A stretch of DNA of 64,000 bases from Vulcanimicrobiota bacterium (GTDB taxonomy: Bacteria; Vulcanimicrobiota; Xenobia; Xenobiales; JADMJV01). Location of the stretch: contig JBFWNU010000008.1 in NCBI GenBank assembly GCA_050250895.1, positions 192,001 to 256,000 on the forward strand, in the 5' to 3' direction. Numbering within the stretch: position 1 is the first letter of the stretch; the number at the start of each line of letters is the position of its first letter. Both the position numbers and the translations under genes were made by a program. Of the stretch, positions 50,432-57,405 are shown piece by piece. The notes under the pieces are model-generated. The model was not told where the DNA came from. It made no database searches and saw only the letters and a list, made by a program, of their open reading frames with translations.

Positions 50432-50478
50432 TGGTCTCCACGGGCGGAATCGAACCGTCGACCTACTGCTTAGGAGGC
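50432..50478 (-). tRNA. 3' half of tRNA-Arg(CCT): att duplication, not an intact gene
   Basis: Minus strand GC-CTCCTAA-GCAGT-AGGTC-GACGG-TTCGATT-CCGCC-CGTGGAG-A-CCA; no D arm or 5' acceptor strand upstream. Confidence 0.88.
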
Positions 50479-50664
50479 TAATTTTTACCGTTTCGTCCTG
50501 TCTGGTCACGTTCTTGCAAACCCCGTCGTTTCTAGCTTTCTCGAGTCTTGTCGTGTCGTCTTGAGTCGTCCTGTTTCGTCGTTTTTCGTCCTGTTGATCC
50601 CCCGCTGATCCCCCGATGGCCTCGGAACCGTGACTTCGCCACCGCTTTCGCCTATGCTATCGAG

Positions 50665-51072
50665 GTGTTCGTCGACGGAAGTCTCGCCTACGTGGATATG
50701 AACTCGGGTCTGGACGGGTGGCGCGCCCTAGCGGCGGCCGTAGTGGTTCAGGCTGTGCATGACCTCGACCTCGCGAAACGGAACCTGTTCGAGGGCAGGA
50801 GGTGGCCGTTCAGACCTTTGAGGCCCGGCCCGTTCGAGGCGGCCAGGGCCGAAGCCGAGCTGCTCGAGTTTGCCATCGAGACGGCCGACTGGTTCACTAG
50901 CCGGGATAGCAGCTTCGAACTGCTGGCGGCCCAGCTCGGGCCAGGGCCTGGCCAGGTGCGCGACCAAATGAAGCTCACTTGTGAGGAAGTCGCCACCGAG
51001 GCCAGGCGCCGGTTGCAGTCCAACCTGGCCGCGATACTCGACACCGTCCAGAGACGCTACAAGACTCGATAG
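50665..51072 (+). CDS. Phage-type hypothetical protein; start uncertain
   Basis: LAAAVVVQAVHD...ADWFTS..SSFELL pattern, as I recall from small prophage proteins. Confidence 0.5.
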   Translation: MFVDGSLAYVDMNSGLDGWRALAAAVVVQAVHDLDLAKRNLFEGRRWPFRPLRPGPFEAARAEAELLEFAIETADWFTSRDSSFELLAAQLGPGPGQVRDQMKLTCEEVATEARRRLQSNLAAILDTVQRRYKTR

Positions 51073-51149
51073 ACGCCGCTGGGGATTGACCCACTACACT
51101 TCAGATCTGCCGCCAGTTGTCACCGGCACCACGCTTTGCCGCCAGTTCT

Positions 51150-51582
51150 GGGGACAAGAAGGCCCGGGCCCTGGCGCGCCGGATGACCCAGTTTGGCCTG
51201 TCTCAGACGCAGATCGCTGAGGAATACAACCGGTCGCAGGGGTGGGTAGCGAAGCGTTTGGCTCTACTGCCCGAAGAACAAAAACCTGCAAAAAAGCCGG
51301 AACTAGGTGGTAGGCCATCCCTGGGGGAGGTTATTCCCCGGGGAATAACCTCCCCAAAGCTTGCCGCCGAACTTCGTTCCGCTCCGGCTGAAACCCAGGC
51401 CGCCGTCGCCAAAGCCGTCGAGGAGCACAACCTCTCCACTCGCAAGACGAAGGCGCTGGCGGATGCGCTCAAACAGGTCGAGCCTGCCAAGCGTCAGGAG
51501 GTGGCTAAGATCGCGGCCGCCTCCCCCCGAACCTGTTGCTGTGGCTCAGGCCGCAGCCCCGTGGTACACGGCCGATGGCTAG
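51150..51582 (+). pseudogene. Truncated, frameshifted ParB-like gene (HTH and C-terminal part only)
   Basis: KARALARRMTQFGLSQTQIAEEYNRSQGWVAKRLALL is a ParB-type HTH; +1 shift in the C6 run at 51523-51528 relative to paralogue 62014-62622. Confidence 0.65.
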
Positions 51583-52142
51583 TCCATCTCGTCGAGACGG
51601 TGCCATGTGTTGCGTATCGCCCGGATGTCGTTCTCGATGTCTTCGAAGTGCGTCTGTAGCCACGCGGCGTTCTCTCCGACAGGGCGGCTCGCGCGAAGCT
51701 TGGCCTCAAGCTCGGTGGTGGCCCTGAGGCCCTCCCGGAACTGGTCCATTGTCTCCAGATAGGCATTGCAGGCAGCGGGCGAGTTACCTGGCATACTCTT
51801 GTCGGTGGCCGTAACCATCGACAGCAAGAGCACGCACTTCTGCCGCAGCAACTCGTTCTCGGCGCGCATCAGTTCGATGGCTTCAACTCGCGCGGCGCTC
51901 TCGCGCGAAGGCTCGAAAGCCTTGAGTTCGTCGATAAGTGCCTTCCTCGCGTCAGTGTCATCAGCTGCGCGTTCAGCGATGTCTCGGAGCGGCATCTTCT
52001 CATCATTCTTCTCGACCACGAGCGAGGCCTGAATCATCTTCGCGTCGCGCTCGAGAACCTCGTTGACTTTCCGGTCTAGGCCGCTGTTGCAGCCGACCAG
52101 AATGAACAGAAAGAGGAAGATGAACGAACGAAGAACTGACAT
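51579..52142 (-). CDS. Lipoprotein of unknown function (cargo)
   Basis: Signal peptide with lipobox ILVGC; helical body. Confidence 0.7.
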   Translation of the reverse strand: MSVLRSFIFLFLFILVGCNSGLDRKVNEVLERDAKMIQASLVVEKNDEKMPLRDIAERAADDTDARKALIDELKAFEPSRESAARVEAIELMRAENELLRQKCVLLLSMVTATDKSMPGNSPAACNAYLETMDQFREGLRATTELEAKLRASRPVGENAAWLQTHFEDIENDIRAIRNTWHRLDEMD

Positions 52143-52187
52143 TCTCGCTTCTTCGATGGGAAGCCACGTTTGCCCCCTCTGTGACCG

Positions 52188-52547
52188 CTAAGAGTCCGAA
52201 GTGGACGCGCCGGGCGTCACCCTTGCCGCGGCCGCAATCTTCTCACAGTGGCTAGGCCTCGGCACTCTCTCACCGGTCTCCCACCGGGCAACTGTTACCC
52301 GCGAGACCTCGAGCACGTTCGCGAACTCGTCTTGAGTGAGCCCGAGCTGCCCTCGCACGTGACGGACCCAGGTTGCCGGGTCGGGGTGCGGCTTCGGCCC
52401 AGTGTGCGCCCACAGCTCGGCGGCGACTCGTTTCGCCACTGACCCAGCGTCGACGGGGTCCCCGTGGGCATTGCGAACGTCCTTGATCGCACCCGAGATA
52501 AGGCGCTTCAGGCGTTCTTGAAATTCGTGTCGGACCGGGTCACCCAC
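52188..52547 (-). CDS. XRE-family HTH transcriptional regulator, probably leaderless
   Basis: VRGQLGLTQDEFANVLEVSRVTVARWETGERVP; GTG 6 nt after TACAAT. Confidence 0.85.
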   Translation of the reverse strand: MGDPVRHEFQERLKRLISGAIKDVRNAHGDPVDAGSVAKRVAAELWAHTGPKPHPDPATWVRHVRGQLGLTQDEFANVLEVSRVTVARWETGERVPRPSHCEKIAAAARVTPGASTSDS

Positions 52548-52553
52548 CAGAGG

Positions 52554-52623
52554 ATTGTAACCTCCTCGGTAGCCAAGTGGCAAGCCCTGATGGTTGACGT
52601 AGTGCTACAATCCAGGTTACAAT
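52554..52623. promoter_or_regulatory. Back-to-back sigma70 promoters sharing a GCTAC-N5-AGGTTACAAT motif
   Basis: Plus: TTGACG-tagtGCTACaatccAGGT-TACAAT. Minus: TTGCCA-cttgGCTACcgaggAGGT-TACAAT. Confidence 0.8.
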
Positions 52624-52632
52624 GGTGAGGCC

Positions 52633-52702
52633 AAGAGGGTTCCGCAGGTGCGGGGCTGGCCTTTCCGGCCAAGTTCTCGGGTTCGAGTCCCGACGCTCTC
52701 CA
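52633..52702 (+). ncRNA. tRNA-like RNA (non-canonical cloverleaf)
   Basis: Perfect T arm TCGGG-TTCGAGT-CCCGA; CCGC-AGGT-GCGG mini D arm; TGGC-CTTTCCG-GCCA arm; imperfect acceptor stem; 3' CCA. Confidence 0.6.
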
Positions 52703-52724
52703 CAAAACACAGTGGAGGTTTTCA

Positions 52725-53327
52725 ATGTCACAAGCAACGCAGTGCGCCGCATATCGCGGCGGCACACCCCCTTCTTCCCCCAACGCAGAGTTTCTGTCGA
52801 AGCTCACGTCTGACGACTTCCTTCTTTTTGATGCGATTGTCTGCGCCCTGGCCGGCCGGCTTGGCATCCACCCGACCGAGCTGATGATGCTTCGTTTCGG
52901 GTCCCCCGACCTGATGGTCAGGGAGTCCATCTCTCATCCGCTCGTTCGTCGCGTCTGCAAGAATCTCGGAACAACAGAGGAGCAGCTGGTGGATACCCTG
53001 CGTGCAAATGGCTGGCTACCGGCGAGCGCCGGCGAGTGGCTCCGGCGCCGGAACCTGCCGACCCGTTTCCGTTGCGACTCGGAGTGGTGCGGCTCTACGG
53101 TCCGTGAACCGAAGGAGGACGTCGACGATGGAGAGGCCAGCGTCTTCCTGGAGGACCAGTTGGCCAGCGCGAATCCCAATTACTGTTGCTGGGACTGGCG
53201 CTCTTGGGCGGGAACGGTAGAGGAAGCCATCGCGACGGCGGGCGAGGAGATTCGCGAGCGCGACAGACAGGCCCCGCCCGCGTTCTGGTTCGACCCCATC
53301 CGAGAGTTGGTGAGCCGCAATGCGTAA
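52725..53327 (+). CDS. Hypothetical protein, tandem paralogue A
   Basis: GGAGG RBS; aligns along most of its length with 53320-53886. Confidence 0.8.
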   Translation: MSQATQCAAYRGGTPPSSPNAEFLSKLTSDDFLLFDAIVCALAGRLGIHPTELMMLRFGSPDLMVRESISHPLVRRVCKNLGTTEEQLVDTLRANGWLPASAGEWLRRRNLPTRFRCDSEWCGSTVREPKEDVDDGEASVFLEDQLASANPNYCCWDWRSWAGTVEEAIATAGEEIRERDRQAPPAFWFDPIRELVSRNA

Positions 53328-53886
53328 GCCATTCACTCCGCCTACAAGCTCCGAGAACCTAGCTGTGATGCAGACCATCACGCCTGACGAACTCGCCCGC
53401 CTGGATGCGATCCTCTGCTCCATCGCTGGCCGTCTCGGCATTCACCCGTGCATGGTGGCCGAGCTGCGCTACGGCGAGCCACCGGCGACAGGAGCGGACG
53501 CTGAAGCGGCCTTCCAGCGGAACCTGGACGGTGAAGACGAGGAGGTCACCGAGCTGTTGGTCGACCGGGGCTGGATACCCGAGACCGTGGCCGAGTGGCT
53601 CAATCTGCGCTATCAGCCCACCAGGGTCAGGATGGAGTCCGAGTTTTGCGCCTCGCCCGTGTTCTTCCCTGGGCCCGACGACGACCCTGGCATTAGGACT
53701 CTGCTCGACGACCAGCTGGTTAGCGCCACCTTCGACTTTGACCGCTGGTGGCTGACGACGGCCTGTGGCGACACGCTCGAAGAGGCTCTCGCGGCCAAGG
53801 TGGACGGCCCCCATCGGAAGCGCCGGGATGAGGCTTGCCCGCCCGAGACGTGGCTTGACCCGCTGTTGGTCGCCTCCCTTCGCTAA
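53320..53886 (+). CDS. Hypothetical protein, tandem paralogue B
   Basis: Start overlaps the end of A; shared DA..C..AGRLGIHP, GW.P....EWL, PTR.R..SE.C, DQL and PP..W.DP motifs. Confidence 0.8.
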   Translation: MRKPFTPPTSSENLAVMQTITPDELARLDAILCSIAGRLGIHPCMVAELRYGEPPATGADAEAAFQRNLDGEDEEVTELLVDRGWIPETVAEWLNLRYQPTRVRMESEFCASPVFFPGPDDDPGIRTLLDDQLVSATFDFDRWWLTTACGDTLEEALAAKVDGPHRKRRDEACPPETWLDPLLVASLR

Positions 53887-53900
53887 CTCCTCCTCCTACC

Positions 53901-53925
53901 CAGCGGGGCCTTCGGGCCCCCGCTG
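53901..53925 (+). terminator. Stable hairpin with cUUCGg loop after the paralogue pair (no U tract)
   Basis: CAGCGGGGCC-TTCG-GGCCCCCGCTG. Confidence 0.5.
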
Positions 53926-53946
53926 CTGCATTTGAAAGGATTCACT

Positions 53947-54375
53947 ATGTCTGAACCTCGTGTTGGCTGGCTCGTTCTCCGCCGAGACCGCGGCTGCAAG
54001 CTTCTTGATATTCCCGGACTCATAGACCTACCAGTGTATTCCAGGTCTCGTTACGCGATTGAAGGGGGACAGGATCTGTTCATCAGCCTGTTCCGGTATT
54101 ACCACGCCACGGCCGACATGACGCTGGATCACATCGTCGGCTACATCCAGTTCCTAGACGACGTCCTCGATGGACGGTGTCCCAACGGGGACGGACGACG
54201 CACGAATCTCGATGGGGCCAAGCGCTGCCGCGCCAGGCGAGGCGACGGCAGCCGTTGTGGGGCCCGCGCGCTGCCGAACAGCGACTTCTGCCGACACCAT
54301 CAGCCGCCCAAACCAGCCAAGTCTGCGGACCAACTCATCGCCGAGCTGGTGGCCGCCCTCGGGGGTGCCCGATGA
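53947..54375 (+). CDS. Small protein with C3H zinc-finger-like motif
   Basis: RCRARRGDGSRCGARALPNSDFCRHH; AAGGA RBS; ATGA overlap with the recombinase start. Confidence 0.7.
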   Translation: MSEPRVGWLVLRRDRGCKLLDIPGLIDLPVYSRSRYAIEGGQDLFISLFRYYHATADMTLDHIVGYIQFLDDVLDGRCPNGDGRRTNLDGAKRCRARRGDGSRCGARALPNSDFCRHHQPPKPAKSADQLIAELVAALGGAR

Positions 54376-55313
54376 TCCAGCTCGCACACGCCACCACAGC
54401 CCCGCATTCGCCCCAGGACGGCCTTCAGCCGGTCCTCGACTTCCAGGGGCTTACCTTCGAGTTCCTCAGACGCCTGGACCGCTCCCAGGAGACGGAGAGG
54501 ACCTATCGGTCGGCCCTCGGCCTCTTCGGTGCCTGGGCGGCCCAGCAGGAGGCCACAGAGGACCTGGCGGGCCTGGTCCTGGCCTACAAGCAACACCGAC
54601 AGGCCACCGTGGCGCCGGCGACGGTGGCTCACGACCTGGCCGTCCTCCGGCGCTTCTTCGGCTGGCTGGTGAAAACCAAGCGCCTGGCCGAGAACCCCGC
54701 CGAGGACATCCGGCCCCCGAAGATGCCCCGCGGCTATCGGCGCGACGCGCTTACCCTGACCCAGGCCATCCTGCTCTTCGCCGCGGTCGACCCGACCACG
54801 CCGGCCGGCCGTCGCGAGATGGCCATCCTGTGCCTGATGGTGCGGGCTGGCCTGCGCGACGTGGAGCTCCACCGGGCCGACTTCGGGAACCTGGGCACAG
54901 TCGACGGGCAGCGAGTCCTCTGGGTGCACGGGAAGGGGCGCGAGCAGGCCGACGAGTTCGTCCTCCTCAATCGCAAGACGCGGGAGGCCCTGGACGCATA
55001 CCTTGCCGACCGAGCGCCGCTCGAGCCTGGCGACCCGCTGATCGCGTCGCTGGACGGGCGGGGCCCTGGCCGGCTCACGACTCGCCAGATTCGCCGCATC
55101 GTCACCGCGGCGCTCGAGCGGGTTGGCTTCAAGTCGGCCCGGGTCACGGCCCACAGCCTGCGCCACACGGCGGCCACGCTGGCGATTCAGGCAGGCTCGT
55201 CCCTCTCCCAGGTGCAGGCGATGATGCGCCACGCGGACCCGAGGACCACCTCGAGGTATGTCCACCTGCACGACCGTCTCGAGAACGCGGCCGAGAAGGC
55301 CCTCGACTTCTAA
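54372..55313 (+). CDS. Tyrosine recombinase (XerC/D-like)
   Basis: GLRDVEL (R), VHGKG (K), AHSLRHTAAT (HxxR), MRHADPRTTSRY (H, Y); N-terminal SAM-like domain. Confidence 0.95.
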   Translation: MIQLAHATTAPHSPQDGLQPVLDFQGLTFEFLRRLDRSQETERTYRSALGLFGAWAAQQEATEDLAGLVLAYKQHRQATVAPATVAHDLAVLRRFFGWLVKTKRLAENPAEDIRPPKMPRGYRRDALTLTQAILLFAAVDPTTPAGRREMAILCLMVRAGLRDVELHRADFGNLGTVDGQRVLWVHGKGREQADEFVLLNRKTREALDAYLADRAPLEPGDPLIASLDGRGPGRLTTRQIRRIVTAALERVGFKSARVTAHSLRHTAATLAIQAGSSLSQVQAMMRHADPRTTSRYVHLHDRLENAAEKALDF

Positions 55314-55365
55314 GAAGGTCCGCCAACGCCGGTTACCAGTCACGAGGACGGGGGATAGACAGGTC

Positions 55366-55704
55366 ATGGACGTTGCCAGAGAGGACCTCGACGAATGGCT
55401 GACCCAAGGCCGTGTGGTCGGCCGCGGCCAGTTCCGCGGCAGGTTGGTCGAGGTCACCTGGTCGGATGGGCACATCACTGCCGACGCTGATGTCTTGGAG
55501 GCGTTACGGGAGGCCGAGCGGCGGAATCGCGACAAGCCGATAGGGCATCCCCTGGGGCCGTGGAGCCGGCGGGACCACCTTCGGGCGTCAGACGGGTTCT
55601 GCGTGATGTGTCACCAGGCGCTTACCGATTGGGAAATGCTGGTGGTCGAGCAACCGCCGCTGTGGCCACCGGGGGAAGAGCCTGGGCCCGAGGCGGTTTT
55701 CTAA
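55366..55704 (+). CDS. Hypothetical protein
   Basis: ORF downstream of the recombinase with a purine-rich RBS; converges on the minus-strand operon. Confidence 0.5.
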   Translation: MDVAREDLDEWLTQGRVVGRGQFRGRLVEVTWSDGHITADADVLEALREAERRNRDKPIGHPLGPWSRRDHLRASDGFCVMCHQALTDWEMLVVEQPPLWPPGEEPGPEAVF

Positions 55705-56057
55705 CCGCGGCGTTCGCGGGCTTCCCGGGTAAATTCGCCGGTGGCTTCGATTTTGTAGAAGGCGGTCTGGACCGCCTCAACCGTCGCTCGGGCGGCCAGG
55801 TCGGTGACCAGCTGGTCTAACGTGCGGCCAACCTTCACGCCGGCGATGATCGCGGCATCGAGTTCTTCGGCGGTGAACGGCACGACCGCCGGCAGCTCGG
55901 CATACTCGACCGAGACGCCGTCTCGGGCCAAGCGCTTCAGAGCCCTGAGAGCCCGCCAGCCAACACGGTCAGCAAGCGCACTCACTGCGACCAGGTCCCC
56001 CGCCCGAAAAAAGCGGCCAGGAGTCTGCACGTCTTTGAGGATGCGGAACGCTTGCAC
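55701..56057 (-). CDS. Hypothetical protein
   Basis: GGAGG RBS before GTG 56057; last gene of the minus-strand run. Confidence 0.6.
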   Translation of the reverse strand: MQAFRILKDVQTPGRFFRAGDLVAVSALADRVGWRALRALKRLARDGVSVEYAELPAVVPFTAEELDAAIIAGVKVGRTLDQLVTDLAARATVEAVQTAFYKIEATGEFTREARERRG

Positions 56058-56061
56058 CGGT

Positions 56062-56958
56062 CTACCTCCGAGTAGCGCGGTCAATCTCGCGCTGGGCGTC
56101 CAGGGCGCCCCGCTCGATGACGGCCCGAGTGTTTGGCGAGTTGAAGTAAGGTGCCTCACGGCGGTTGGTCATCGTCTGCCCGTAGCGTTTGAGCCGGTCG
56201 TGAGTGACCAGGGCTTCTCCGCGGGCGAAGTGCCGTTCGGCGACCAGCTCGGCCACGGCGGCCATCCGACGAGAGAGTTCGTCATCAAGTTTGGCCAGGT
56301 GTTCCTTGGCGGTCTCGAAGGCCTGCAGTCGCGCTTCATACTCGGTCTGCTCGGCGTGCCGGCGTTTCTCAGTCTCGATAGCGGCCTTGCGCTGACGGAC
56401 CTCGGCAAGCTTGGCTTGCCGCTCGGCTTCGCGCCTGTCGGCCTCGGCGAGCTGATGCTCGAGTCTGTCGAGTTCTTCAAGTTCAGTCTCGAAGGTCATG
56501 GTCTGCTCCAAAAAAGGGCTCGGGGCGTCGTGATTAGGACGATTGACTTGACCACGTGTTTCGACGACGACGCCCCGAGCGGCCCGATGGAAATTCGATG
56601 CCTGTGTGCCATCATAGCGTAACCGGGTGGCGTCGTCACCTTCGGCGTAGTGGGTCGGCGCCGGTCGGGGCACTACATTCGCCACCTGCTCGGCCAGTTC
56701 GGCCCGCTCTGTTTCGTCTTCGACCAGGTCGGTGAGCCAGTGGTCGACATCGGCCCAGAAACCGGCGCAGGCCTCCGGGTCGCGCCGGTCGACCTCATGA
56801 ATCGTGGCCAGGACCTTGACGCACCGGCGCCGTGGCCCGACACCGGGAACCCGCTCCGAGGCGCTCAGGACGGCCGAGAGGGCCATCCCGTAGGGTTCCT
56901 CTCGCTCGCGATGTTTCCAGACAATGAACATGAGCTTGCCTCCCGTCGTGTCCGCCAA
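56062..56958 (-). CDS. Hypothetical ORF; likely internal start at 56499 giving a coiled-coil protein (MTFETELEEL...)
   Basis: GGAG RBS before ATG 56499; the upstream part encodes a separate globular segment (MFIVWK...VPRP) in the same frame. Confidence 0.6.
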   Translation of the reverse strand: MADTTGGKLMFIVWKHREREEPYGMALSAVLSASERVPGVGPRRRCVKVLATIHEVDRRDPEACAGFWADVDHWLTDLVEDETERAELAEQVANVVPRPAPTHYAEGDDATRLRYDGTQASNFHRAARGVVVETRGQVNRPNHDAPSPFLEQTMTFETELEELDRLEHQLAEADRREAERQAKLAEVRQRKAAIETEKRRHAEQTEYEARLQAFETAKEHLAKLDDELSRRMAAVAELVAERHFARGEALVTHDRLKRYGQTMTNRREAPYFNSPNTRAVIERGALDAQREIDRATRR

Positions 56959-56973
56959 TGACGCTTCTTGGCC

Positions 56974-57405
56974 CTATCCGCGGTCTTTCCATCCAAAGAC
57001 TGGTTCGATTCGGTTCACTTCAGCCATTCCTGGCTTGTGGGAAATCGAGACTTTGGCTCCCACCTGGTCGCCGTCGAAGAAGTCTCCCCAATATCCCTTG
57101 AGCAGGACTTCGGCCGGCCAGGATGCGGCCGCGGCGGCAGCTCGAGCCTCGCGGATAGACATCTCACGGTCAGCCTCGGCGTACTCCGAGTGGGGGAGCA
57201 CGGGTGGTTTGAGCGACGGGCCCATAATCGCTTCCGTCCGTTCGTCCCACGAGCCCTGAAACTCGGCCTGCGCCATCGCAGCTCCCGCCAGGGCGATGAG
57301 GTCGTGATAGTCCCAGCGCCCGTCGAGCGGCTCGATAGGGCGTCCCTCACGCATCGCGGTGAGCCACTCCTCCAGCATCTGCCGATGAACCACCATGCCA
57401 GTCAT
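56974..57405 (-). CDS. Hypothetical protein
   Basis: ATGA overlap with the tape measure-like gene stop. Confidence 0.6.
   Translation of the reverse strand: MTGMVVHRQMLEEWLTAMREGRPIEPLDGRWDYHDLIALAGAAMAQAEFQGSWDERTEAIMGPSLKPPVLPHSEYAEADREMSIREARAAAAAASWPAEVLLKGYWGDFFDGDQVGAKVSISHKPGMAEVNRIEPVFGWKDRG

Noticed and set aside
50432-50510. Intact tRNA-Arg gene
   Set aside because: Similarity stops at the anticodon stem; no D arm or 5' acceptor strand, so it is an att duplication
52633-52702. Functional tRNA-Glu(TTC)
   Set aside because: 4-nt D loop, mismatched acceptor stem and wrong spacing to CCA; kept only as a tRNA-like RNA
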